A stretch of DNA of 64,000 nucleotides from an uncultured Thermoplasmatales archaeon (GTDB taxonomy: Archaea > Thermoplasmatota > E2 > DHVEG-1). The notes beneath the pieces were generated by a model. That model saw only the letters and a list, made by a program, of their open reading frames with translations. It searched no databases and was not told the origin of the DNA. The position numbers were made by a program, and so were the translations under genes. Location: NCBI GenBank assembly GCA_964467345.1, contig CAYXPY010000001.1, forward strand, positions 82,986-146,985. Direction: 5' to 3'. Shown here one piece after another: positions 20,117 to 29,752 of the stretch (its first letter is position 1; the number at the start of each line of letters is the position of its first letter).

Positions 20117-23100
20117 GAGGATGGGATGAAACTAAAGAAATTGCTGATAGTGATTATTGGTATCTTACAATTTACACAATGTATGGGTTTTTTGGGTCTC
20201 ATCCAGACAAGCAAAGCAGATACACCCCCCACACTCTATGTAGGACAGCAGGAGACCTACACGCACATCCAGGATGCACTCGACGATGCGGCAGATGGCT
20301 ATAGAATCTTTGTCTACAACGGCACCTATAACGAGAACCTGATTATCAACAATCGAATCGACCTCTTTGGTGAAGATCGGAGCAATACGATCATCATAGG
20401 CGACGCAACGACAGTGATAACAGTAAATGCAGATAACGTCAATATCAGTCATTTTACAATAAAAAACAACGGTCCATTAGAAGCAAGTAGCGTTCTTCGT
20501 ATAAACGGCTTGAACTCGATTATAACTGATAACATCATTTCAGATGGATACCACGGAATTTACCTCTATAACACATATAATCATCTAATCTATGACAATG
20601 TGATTATCAATAATTCAGGGGATGGTATACGACTCTATCAATCATATAATATCATCAATATTAGTTATAATTCAGTATCCAAAAATAAGAACGGCATCTA
20701 CCTGTACGAATCAGATGGAGTCCGGATTTACAATAATAAGCTCCAAAATAACAACCAAAGCGGCATCTTCCTTAACAGCACATGCCAGAATAATATCATC
20801 AGCAAGAATAATGCTTCTCAAAATGGCGTCCATGGGATCTACTTAAACGACTACAGTGATTATCAAACGATAGTAGACAATCAAATCTTCTACAATAAAA
20901 ACTCAGGATTGGTTTTAGAAAACTGTAGTATGAATTTAAAAATAGACGGAAACACAGTCATAGGCAACACCAATTATGGTATAATGATTATAGGTTCAAC
21001 AAACAACATCAGTAACAACCTTGTTTCTCAGAATAAAAAAGACGGTATGTATCTCTCTGCTGACGATCATAACATGATTTATAAAAATACTATCACGTAT
21101 AACACACTCGCAGGAATCCGGATGTATAATTCTACCTATAACTACATCCGAAACAATAGAATTGGTTTTAACAAAGAATGTGGTATCTATCTTGATTTTT
21201 TTACCATACATAATCTGATTTACAATAATTACTTCCAGGACAACACAAAAAATGCAATTGATAAGAGTATCAATCGCAATAGATGGAATATCACGAGAAC
21301 AACCGGAACAAACATAATCCAAGGAACAACACTCCATGGTAACTACTGGGATGACTTTGATGAATCCAGTGAGGGAGCAATAGATGATGACTCAGATGGG
21401 GTTGCAGATGCACCATACACAATTTATGCTTTGAACACGGACAAAGGACCCATTCTTGATACAATAAATCCTTGGATACAGCTTCCTGTTGCATCTCCGG
21501 TTTCACAAACATTAGGAAGGAATACAAATCTTACCGTTCTAATAACTGACAATACGAAAATCAAGGAGGTTTATCTTAATATCTCTGGCCCAAACGGTCA
21601 GCGATTCAACACGAGCATCACTCAAAATAAGACAGGAGACACGTACTATTGTAATAAAATATTCTCATCGACTGGCAATTATACGTTTTTTATTGCTGCA
21701 CGAGACCCACGGAATTGGAACTTTTCGGCAAATCAGACATTTTCCATTCGACCTGGAGAAAAACCAACAGTAAAAGACAATTCACCGTTGACTGCAAAAC
21801 CTTCAAAGAAATACACCTTTAATGCAACCGTAACCTCAAAAAACGCCGTCGCCTCTGACCTGCAGGTCTTCGTCAGCTGGAGTCATGGAACTATCAGGAA
21901 TAACTCAACGATGGTACTCTCTCGAGGCAACTATTTTGTCGCAACAGTCACTCTTGCACATAGTATCGAAAATCTTACCTATCATTTCTATGCAACTGAC
22001 AAATGGGGAAGCAGCGTTGTTACTGAAAATAAAAAAATAAAAGTCATCGATACAGAACCTCCTGTGATTCATATCAACCGTTATGGCCCATCTGTTCAGG
22101 ATTTTCCAAATAGTTACACCTATGAAGCAACAATAACCGACGACTCTATTGTATCAACAGTGACGATCGAATATTGGTATAACAGCAGCAATAAGATGAA
22201 GACAAATATGGATTCAATGACAAATAATCGCTATAAAAAAGTGATTATTTTTGATGACGACACCCCTGAACTTTTTTGCATCATCAATGCAACTGACATC
22301 GCAGGAAACAAAAATGATACCAGGAATCCTATCGCATGTCACAACGGTCCATATAACGGTTTTATTCTCCAAGAGATAACATTTAATGGATCGAAGAGTT
22401 TCGATCTCGATGGAACGATTACCAATTATTCATGGGATTTCGGTGACGGTACAACAGCAAACAATTCCCTAGCGACACATGCGTATTTTTCAAGCGGTAC
22501 CTATACTGTGACATTAACTGTGACCGATGATCAAGGAAAAAAAGGAACAAACCAGACCCGTATTACAGTCATCCCATTCTCCCAACATTTGATACCGCTT
22601 GATCAACTTGCCCTCATTAACACAAGGTATAATCTTAATCTCAGTGAACCTTTCTTCTGTTACGATTCCGATGGTAATGGAGCTGTAGATAAATTTGTCG
22701 ATCCTGCCCAGATACTTATCACCATTCATGATACGCCACTGAATTTCAACAGCAACACCTTATTTTTAATTTCAATCGGTGAAGATGCTATTCCTGAATT
22801 CTTCTGGGAAACGACGACTGATCTGATTTTCCCTATTACACACACGATAGGAATGATTCAGAACAAGATAGTCGATGATTTAAATGAACAAGCTAAATTA
22901 TATGTCACAGTTGACAAGGGACAATGGATCTATATAGAAATCGATGATCCATACCCTGATTCACCAGTCACCATTACTACGAAAGGCAGGATGCTTTCTG
23001 CCGATAATTATTGGAGGAAAAATCAAAAAATCTATGTCTTTGACGATCCTGAAACCAGCTACGAGTTTCTTTTTATTAATATTTTCCCACCGCTGAGTGT

Positions 23101-23767
23101 GATCTTTTCACCAGCTGACGGGGGAGTGATCGATGGCGATTATCCAACAATCAGAATTACATATAATGCACCAGTGACCATCATCTCTGCGATATTTAAT
23201 CAAGACGACATTCATGCTGAGCTACTACGTTTAGACGATAAAAGTTACTTGTACACACCCCCAGGCTATCTGGAAAATGGAACGTATGAACTTGAAATCC
23301 AGGCGCAGGCTCTGCAAGGAAAAGGATACCTCGCCACTTCAGCTGTGTATTTTTATTTTTCCTATGAGCCAGCACCCCAGAAGAGTTTTCTTGAAAACAA
23401 CTGGTTTTTGATACTCACAGGTATTTTGGTTGGTATGATTGGAGGTATGCTGGTATTCTTTAGAACAAAGGATATCACCATTGAGGGATTTGTCTATCTG
23501 AGGAACAAAAAAATCATCCCGTTTTTTAAATCTGTTATCGTTGGACCTGTAAGCATCCAGATACCTCAGGAGCAGTTCAGCAAAGCCGAATTTTATATTG
23601 ATGGGCAACTGAAAGACGAAGTGACATCCTTTCCGGTCCGTTGGCAATGGAACGAAAAAGCGTTCCTGAAGCATACGCTTGAAACAAAAATTTATGACCA
23701 GGAAGGAAACAGCGCTTCAAGTGGTGAATTAGAATTCTATATTTTCAACCCGTTAAAAGGTAAATAA
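20093..23767 (+). CDS. Large cell-surface protein (1224 aa). Signal peptide, right-handed parallel beta-helix (NosD/pectate-lyase-like) repeats, a PKD domain, and a C-terminal TM anchor.
   Basis: Recurring NxxxxNxxxGIYL beta-helix repeats. WDFGDGTTANNSLATHAY PKD signature. Hydrophobic FLILTGILVGMIGGMLVFF near the C-terminus. Alternative start at 20126. Confidence 0.7.
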   Translation: MHMQLHMHEDGMKLKKLLIVIIGILQFTQCMGFLGLIQTSKADTPPTLYVGQQETYTHIQDALDDAADGYRIFVYNGTYNENLIINNRIDLFGEDRSNTIIIGDATTVITVNADNVNISHFTIKNNGPLEASSVLRINGLNSIITDNIISDGYHGIYLYNTYNHLIYDNVIINNSGDGIRLYQSYNIINISYNSVSKNKNGIYLYESDGVRIYNNKLQNNNQSGIFLNSTCQNNIISKNNASQNGVHGIYLNDYSDYQTIVDNQIFYNKNSGLVLENCSMNLKIDGNTVIGNTNYGIMIIGSTNNISNNLVSQNKKDGMYLSADDHNMIYKNTITYNTLAGIRMYNSTYNYIRNNRIGFNKECGIYLDFFTIHNLIYNNYFQDNTKNAIDKSINRNRWNITRTTGTNIIQGTTLHGNYWDDFDESSEGAIDDDSDGVADAPYTIYALNTDKGPILDTINPWIQLPVASPVSQTLGRNTNLTVLITDNTKIKEVYLNISGPNGQRFNTSITQNKTGDTYYCNKIFSSTGNYTFFIAARDPRNWNFSANQTFSIRPGEKPTVKDNSPLTAKPSKKYTFNATVTSKNAVASDLQVFVSWSHGTIRNNSTMVLSRGNYFVATVTLAHSIENLTYHFYATDKWGSSVVTENKKIKVIDTEPPVIHINRYGPSVQDFPNSYTYEATITDDSIVSTVTIEYWYNSSNKMKTNMDSMTNNRYKKVIIFDDDTPELFCIINATDIAGNKNDTRNPIACHNGPYNGFILQEITFNGSKSFDLDGTITNYSWDFGDGTTANNSLATHAYFSSGTYTVTLTVTDDQGKKGTNQTRITVIPFSQHLIPLDQLALINTRYNLNLSEPFFCYDSDGNGAVDKFVDPAQILITIHDTPLNFNSNTLFLISIGEDAIPEFFWETTTDLIFPITHTIGMIQNKIVDDLNEQAKLYVTVDKGQWIYIEIDDPYPDSPVTITTKGRMLSADNYWRKNQKIYVFDDPETSYEFLFINIFPPLSVIFSPADGGVIDGDYPTIRITYNAPVTIISAIFNQDDIHAELLRLDDKSYLYTPPGYLENGTYELEIQAQALQGKGYLATSAVYFYFSYEPAPQKSFLENNWFLILTGILVGMIGGMLVFFRTKDITIEGFVYLRNKKIIPFFKSVIVGPVSIQIPQEQFSKAEFYIDGQLKDEVTSFPVRWQWNEKAFLKHTLETKIYDQEGNSASSGELEFYIFNPLKGK

Positions 23768-23769
23768 TT

Positions 23770-24678
23770 TTAAACAATCGATTCGTCCTTCGTTGATGTG
23801 TCTTTTCCAGAGAGAAACGTCAAACCCTCTTCGGTCAGTTCTATCTCGTTATATGACACATAATGAAGAAGCTCATTTTGCAGTAATTTACGGACGATTT
23901 GTTCAAATTCAATCTTTGAGACATGAAGGACCACGGAAGCTGTTTCTGCATCCATATCTCTGGATTGTAGCATCCTTAAAAGCTCAATTTCTTTGTCCGT
24001 GAGCATGACTTCGTCTTGATATTCAGCAGAGGGATCTTCATACTCCTGAGTGAGATTCGTAACATAACTTTCAATGATTGTATCTAGGTTCAGACGATCG
24101 AGTTCCTTTCCTTCTTTACTGTAGAGGACACAGGTTTTTTGTAAAGGATCATATTTCCAGGATCCTACGTTTTTCCAGCTGTAACCCAGAAGACTTACAT
24201 CATCTCGGTGTATGATACCATCACCAGTTCGTTTCATCTGCGTCTGTTGTTTCTTCTTTCTATGCTGTCTATGCATGTAACGTTGTTCTGTCTGCAGAAG
24301 CGCTAAATCAACACCATAGTGACGTAGCTGCATGACAATTTGTTCTCCAGCTTGTTGCTTGAGTTCTTTTATGAAGAATAAACCTGTTTTTCCAACAAGG
24401 TCCATATAGACAATCCTAATTATCGCTTCGACTGCAGTTCCTAAACGAGAAGGATCAACAGTGTTTATCTCTTCAGAGATGTTGATGATAATCTCTGAGT
24501 TAGTGAACTCCGGATTTTCGATATTTATATATTTTAAAAAATCGTAATTTTGTTCTAATGTTTTTATGATAGCACCTATGACGGTCGCTGCAAAAGTCTG
24601 TGAGGTTCGCCGGCTTGCAACAGAATATAAAGTACGAAGGACTCCACCGATGACTTCAGTGTTTTTCAGATCAGTCAT
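23770..24678 (-). CDS. Hypothetical protein with a C-terminal winged-HTH-like region. Encoded downstream of the histidine kinase on the same strand.
   Basis: 302 aa. The C-terminal ~60 aa are helix-rich and resemble a TrmB/MarR-like wHTH. Seven-nt gap from the kinase gene. Confidence 0.45.
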   Translation of the reverse strand: MTDLKNTEVIGGVLRTLYSVASRRTSQTFAATVIGAIIKTLEQNYDFLKYINIENPEFTNSEIIINISEEINTVDPSRLGTAVEAIIRIVYMDLVGKTGLFFIKELKQQAGEQIVMQLRHYGVDLALLQTEQRYMHRQHRKKKQQTQMKRTGDGIIHRDDVSLLGYSWKNVGSWKYDPLQKTCVLYSKEGKELDRLNLDTIIESYVTNLTQEYEDPSAEYQDEVMLTDKEIELLRMLQSRDMDAETASVVLHVSKIEFEQIVRKLLQNELLHYVSYNEIELTEEGLTFLSGKDTSTKDESIV

Positions 24679-24684
24679 ACGTCA

Positions 24685-27600
24685 TCACGTTTTGAAATCA
24701 ACAATCATTTTGTAGATATAGGGAAGCTGTATTATAAATCTGCTTCCTTTACCAACCTCACTTTCAGCCCAAATCGTTCCATTGTGTTTTTTGATAATTT
24801 CTTTTGATATAAACAACCCAAGACCCGTGCCTTCATTATTACGGTCTTCGCCTGTATATGCTTGATAGAATTTTGTAAAAATTTTTTTGAGTTCATCTTG
24901 GGAAATCCCAATCCCAGTGTCCACAACGGAAATTAAAATATGATTATCTTTCTTTTCAACATCTAAACCGATGAAACCGCAGTCGGTGAATTTAAGGGAA
25001 TTTCCTATAAGGTTTTTTAACACCTGAGATAAACGAATTTTGTCACCAATGATATGGGGTAGTTGCGTTGGGATATTGACCTGGAATTCTAGTTTTTTAT
25101 TGATAATTGCTGGTCTCATGTCCTCGACGATTTCATTGAGGAATTCAACAGGATCTATTTTTTCCATATCGAATCGCATCGTGTCGCTATCAAGTCGTGC
25201 GACATCCAAGATGTCATTGACAAGTTTCAGAAGTCGTTCTGCGTTTCGGAGACTGATTTTCGCCCAATTCCGAATCTTTTCATTGCTTTCATTATCGTGA
25301 ATGATGAGATCCAGGTATCCTTTTATAGGAGTGACAGGTGAGCGAAGTTCATGAGCTGCGATGTTCATGAACTCTGTCTTTAATCGTTCGTTTTTCTTTA
25401 ATTCATCTTCAATTTCTCTCCGTTGGGTGATATCACGGACGGTACAGACAACACCACCGAATTCTGTTTGTTTCGTCAGAGGTGCTATGTTGACTTCGAT
25501 TGGGATAATATCACCATTACCAGATACAAGTTCCAATTCAACGTTCTCAATCTTATCGTTTTTCTTTCGTACATCAATAAAAATTTGTTGGAAGAAATAG
25601 ACTGAATCCTCAAGAAGATAGTTACGAAACGGTGTTGCTAATATCTGACTTTTCCGTCGTCCACATAGTTTTTCAAAAGAAGGATTTACATAGGTAAGCC
25701 GTCCTAGTGAATCTGTCGTAAACACGCCATCAGCAGAAGTTTCAGCAAGGATACGATATTTCTCCTCAGACTTCACAAGTTCTTCCCAGACTTTCTTACG
25801 ATCGGTGATATCCTCGATAGATCCTACGACATATTCAGGTGTATTTATTCCATCGAAAATGATGGTAAAGGTGTCCCGCATCCACCTATAACCTCGTGTT
25901 TTATGTTTGAAGCGGTATTCGATTGATTGAACAGCATTTTCTTTTAATTCATTAGATTTGATTATGTCAAGATGCTGGGTCCATTGAAGAGAATCCTCCG
26001 GATGGATGAATTCTTCTATCTTTTTTATGGGATAAGCGGTCATCTCCTTTGGCCCATATCCTATAACTTTCATTGAAGACGGGCTGACATAATCACAAGT
26101 TTGATTCTTTAAATTAAACTGATAGATCATATCAAGGGAGTTTTCCAAAACCACCTGAAATCTCTTTTCATTGTCACTTGCTGTTTCAACTGCGTTGAAG
26201 TTTTGATTATTATCGATATAGAAACCCATGATTGAAAAAGGTTGAGCCGATTCATTTTTGATCATATTAGCATAAAGCTTCGCCTGAAATGTAGTCCTGT
26301 CTTTTCTCACGCATGTTATCTCACCAATCCACTGCTTCTTCTGGTTCAGTGTCTGGACTATTTCATTAGTTTGTTCTTTCATGGTCCAGAATTTCGTCAC
26401 TGATTTTCCGATGATATCTTTATTGTGAGTATAGCCCCACATTCTGAGAAATGAATCATTTGCATAGGTGATCTTTCCATTCAGGTCAATTAAGGTAATC
26501 GGACAAATTGAGGATGCTATCGCGTCATCTTTTATTTTCATAAGATCTTCATTGTTTTTTCGTTTGGTAATATCAGACAGAACGACAAGATATCCAAAAC
26601 TCTGTTCTTGTTCGTTTAAAAGAGGTGATGCGTAAATGATGCCTCTCCTCTGTTTGTTCTGTTTCGAAACGACATCGATTTCAACAGGCACGGATTTTTT
26701 GACAACTTTACCCTTTAAAAAAATCTTTTTAATCGTTCGTCTAGATTCTTTTGTAAACAAGGGCAAATTATAAAAATTCATCCCTTTTATTTGATAGGGC
26801 GGACAGGTGACCCATTCGGTGATTGTGTTATTTGTATCTACTATCACACCATCATTATCTACGAGAATAATCGCATGTGGAAAAAAGTCGAACATCATGC
26901 GATGAAGGTTTTCCTGTTCCAATAACATGTCTTGTGTTTTTTTATTCTCAGTGATATCCTTTGAGATAACCAAAACCTCATTTATTTGAGAAGTCGAAGC
27001 ATCTTTCACAGGATTAATGGTCCTAGTGAACCAACTCCCATTCCTACTATGTGTATCTTTCAGAGGTAGCTCGTGATCCAATACCCAGGACAGCTTTTCT
27101 GTAAACTCCTTAGTTTCTTCAGGTGAATGAAAATCATGATAGGTTTTTCCTAACACGTCTATCCGCGTACGACCAAGTTGTGACAGGAACGCGTCATTTA
27201 CCATAAGATATCGGCAATTCGCGTCTAAGAGGCATATCGAGTCGTCCGAATATTGAATAATTGATTCGAGATGTTTTTCTTTCCGTTTTTGTTCTGAGAT
27301 ATCTTTTATGATGTACAGATACCCAAGATTTTTTCCATTAACGTTTTTCAAATTACATAAGGAAACCACGGCATCCAGTGTACCTTGGTTTTTCGAAAGT
27401 ATCTTTGTTTGTATTTGGTGCTGGAGACCCATGTGATTTTCTAATTTTCTTTCCAAGGTTGACCATTCATTTGTTGAATGAAGTGAAGCAACTGATTGTA
27501 AATACAGTTCGACATCGGTTTTTTCAAGGAGGGTTTCCGTATAAGCATTCCAGGAGATAATGCGTTTTTGTGTATCTAGAACAAGAATAGCAAGCAGTGA

Positions 27601-27822
27601 GTTTTCAAACGCATTGCGATAGATTACTGAAAGATGCTCAGGACTAAGAGTATTGCATCGTGTTTGAAAAGGTTCTAAAAGGACAGTGGACGTATCTGAA
27701 TTCTCTGTGAAGCGATCATCTGATTTTGCTATCGTCTTACCATTGCGGGAGGTTTTTTCCTGAGAGTTCCTTATCCGTTCTTCCTCTCGTAATATTTTTA
27801 CAATTTCAGGTTCGCTTGTCAT
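24685..27822 (-). CDS. Multi-PAS sensor histidine kinase.
   Basis: HisKA H-box FMNIAAHELRSP. HATPase_c N/G boxes (VVDTGIGI, GTGLGL). Five or more PAS/PAC repeats. The internal ATG (MTSEPEIVKILREEER) is preferred because a paralogous N-terminus occurs in the 52663..54060 protein. Confidence 0.85.
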   Translation of the reverse strand: MTSEPEIVKILREEERIRNSQEKTSRNGKTIAKSDDRFTENSDTSTVLLEPFQTRCNTLSPEHLSVIYRNAFENSLLAILVLDTQKRIISWNAYTETLLEKTDVELYLQSVASLHSTNEWSTLERKLENHMGLQHQIQTKILSKNQGTLDAVVSLCNLKNVNGKNLGYLYIIKDISEQKRKEKHLESIIQYSDDSICLLDANCRYLMVNDAFLSQLGRTRIDVLGKTYHDFHSPEETKEFTEKLSWVLDHELPLKDTHSRNGSWFTRTINPVKDASTSQINEVLVISKDITENKKTQDMLLEQENLHRMMFDFFPHAIILVDNDGVIVDTNNTITEWVTCPPYQIKGMNFYNLPLFTKESRRTIKKIFLKGKVVKKSVPVEIDVVSKQNKQRRGIIYASPLLNEQEQSFGYLVVLSDITKRKNNEDLMKIKDDAIASSICPITLIDLNGKITYANDSFLRMWGYTHNKDIIGKSVTKFWTMKEQTNEIVQTLNQKKQWIGEITCVRKDRTTFQAKLYANMIKNESAQPFSIMGFYIDNNQNFNAVETASDNEKRFQVVLENSLDMIYQFNLKNQTCDYVSPSSMKVIGYGPKEMTAYPIKKIEEFIHPEDSLQWTQHLDIIKSNELKENAVQSIEYRFKHKTRGYRWMRDTFTIIFDGINTPEYVVGSIEDITDRKKVWEELVKSEEKYRILAETSADGVFTTDSLGRLTYVNPSFEKLCGRRKSQILATPFRNYLLEDSVYFFQQIFIDVRKKNDKIENVELELVSGNGDIIPIEVNIAPLTKQTEFGGVVCTVRDITQRREIEDELKKNERLKTEFMNIAAHELRSPVTPIKGYLDLIIHDNESNEKIRNWAKISLRNAERLLKLVNDILDVARLDSDTMRFDMEKIDPVEFLNEIVEDMRPAIINKKLEFQVNIPTQLPHIIGDKIRLSQVLKNLIGNSLKFTDCGFIGLDVEKKDNHILISVVDTGIGISQDELKKIFTKFYQAYTGEDRNNEGTGLGLFISKEIIKKHNGTIWAESEVGKGSRFIIQLPYIYKMIVDFKT

Positions 27823-27904
27823 AATTCCCTTCCGAGGAATACCTGTAAGTATTTTTGCATCCCATTTTTGCATCCCATTTGAAATAAAAAAACCTACTGT
27901 TTGT

Positions 27905-28267
27905 TTACGTTTTTAATATCTTATCGACCCGCTGTAAGAGCGTCTCCTTGTCAAAGGGTTTCATAATGTAATCTGCCAATCCTTCATCAATCAAGACCTG
28001 CTTTCGCTTCTCAGAGATGTCTAAAACACTCATGAATGCGACTTTGATGTCCTTGTTTTTCTTTTTGATACGGTTAAAAACATCCCAACCGCTCATACCC
28101 GGCATCATAATATCTAATAAAACCAAGTCGACCTTTTCTTTTTCAAGTCTGCGTAATGCTTCCTCACCGCTGTAGGATGGCACGACGGTATATCCCCCTA
28201 GTTCCAGGACAGTTCTTGTCAAATCAACGATGTCAGGTTCGTTATCGACGACCATAATTTTTTTCAT
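27905..28267 (-). CDS. Response regulator receiver protein (CheY-like, no output domain).
   Basis: MKKIMVVDNEPDIV...DLVLLDIMMPGMSGWDV, with the conserved Asp pocket and a downstream Lys. Confidence 0.85.
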   Translation of the reverse strand: MKKIMVVDNEPDIVDLTRTVLELGGYTVVPSYSGEEALRRLEKEKVDLVLLDIMMPGMSGWDVFNRIKKKNKDIKVAFMSVLDISEKRKQVLIDEGLADYIMKPFDKETLLQRVDKILKT

Positions 28268-28439
28268 GTTATCGGCTCCTCATCCATGTTCGTAAGGCCG
28301 GTTTGGCTATAAGAACATATCGTAAATTGTTTATTATAATTATTCTTTTTTGTCTGATTGTCACTAGCCCATTTAAGAAAAAGAAAAGTATAAAATCTCA
28401 TCAACGATATGATTTTTGATAAAACCTGATGGGTGCGCC

Positions 28440-28943
28440 ATGAAGAAAAATGAAAATATCTTTATTTCCTTGGAGTTACAAAGAAATTTCGATTTAAAAG
28501 CACTAACACTCAGCGTTCAATTCGATAGAAATGCTCCTAATTTTTCAGAGGAAAATGAACATATCAACTGGTCTCCCACACCAGATGAGCTCGATTTTAT
28601 AAAAGAGGCTTTTGAGCTAATCGGAGGCAATACCATTCAAATAAAAGAGGTGAAGGAGACCCAAGAGGTCGAGAGTACACCGGCATTAGGCATGGAGACA
28701 ACAGAGCATTCGCATCGCTCTTCTGAGATTCGGATTGCCCCTTTACCAAACGACCTAACCGCTGAAATAACAGAGGGTCCAAGAACCCCCCATCTGAAAA
28801 GAAAGGATGATGAGGAAAAAATTTTCATACAAGCGGATGAGAAAAAAATCGATGAAATATTAAAACGAAAAAAACAGCAGTACGAAACAGATGATGATAT
28901 AGAAATTGACGATAAGATGACGAAACAAAAAAAGAAGAAATAA
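28440..28943 (+). CDS. Hypothetical acidic/Lys-rich protein.
   Basis: ORF track 28416..28943. ATG at 28440 preferred. Low-complexity charged C-terminus. Confidence 0.35.
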   Translation: MKKNENIFISLELQRNFDLKALTLSVQFDRNAPNFSEENEHINWSPTPDELDFIKEAFELIGGNTIQIKEVKETQEVESTPALGMETTEHSHRSSEIRIAPLPNDLTAEITEGPRTPHLKRKDDEEKIFIQADEKKIDEILKRKKQQYETDDDIEIDDKMTKQKKKK

Positions 28944-28957
28944 TGGTTTTTTATAAA

Positions 28958-29752
28958 TCAAAGAGGGATTTTATCAGGGATATCGTATTTTTTATGGTAT
29001 TTTGAAAGGGCATCATTCACTTCTGTCATGTAGGTCTTATCAGGTTTGATACTGTGTTCATACAAGGCATCGTATCTTTGAAGGAGGCCAGGATAGTGTA
29101 TTTTTATCAATTGTCGATAATGCTGTTTTTGATCTCCCTTCAATTCTAAGAACTTATGAAGCAGATATTGTGCATCAACACTCTGCGCGGCTTCAAACAG
29201 TGAATCTAACTCAGAGTCGGAGATATACGGTAAAAGTGGTATGAAGGCGATGCCTGCCTTGATATGATGCTTTCGAAGTATTTGTAGGGTCCTTATCCGT
29301 TCTGAAGGAGAGGGGACCGCTGGCTCAAAGACTTGAACGACTTGAGGATTCAATGACAATAGACTTATTGTTACTATGCAATCTAGGTGAGTGATAAGAT
29401 CAATATCTCTTAAAACTAAAGGTGATTTTGTGATGATATGACAAGAGAAATGATGGTCTTTTATGGTTTCAAGAACCAGCTTTGTTATTTCATAATCTTT
29501 TTCTGCGTTTTGATAGGGGTCATGGACTGATCCTATGATAATCCGACCGGGTTCCATCGATGTCAGTTCTTTTTTTAATACATCGATGATATTTTTTTTA
29601 ATGTAGATTATGTTTTCAAAGGAGGAATCACAGTACTGGCACCCGAATTCACAGTTCTGATAGGGATCAATACAATAATCACCATAAAAAAGTGAGTCTT
29701 TTTTCATGATCCTTTTAATAATCGAATCACAGTTAATCGATTTGTACTCCAT
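28958..29752 (-). CDS. Radical SAM protein of the spore-photoproduct-lyase-like/DNA repair photolyase family (COG1533).
   Basis: CEFGCQYC radical-SAM-like Cys cluster near the N-terminus. About 264 aa. Confidence 0.55.
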   Translation of the reverse strand: MEYKSINCDSIIKRIMKKDSLFYGDYCIDPYQNCEFGCQYCDSSFENIIYIKKNIIDVLKKELTSMEPGRIIIGSVHDPYQNAEKDYEITKLVLETIKDHHFSCHIITKSPLVLRDIDLITHLDCIVTISLLSLNPQVVQVFEPAVPSPSERIRTLQILRKHHIKAGIAFIPLLPYISDSELDSLFEAAQSVDAQYLLHKFLELKGDQKQHYRQLIKIHYPGLLQRYDALYEHSIKPDKTYMTEVNDALSKYHKKYDIPDKIPL

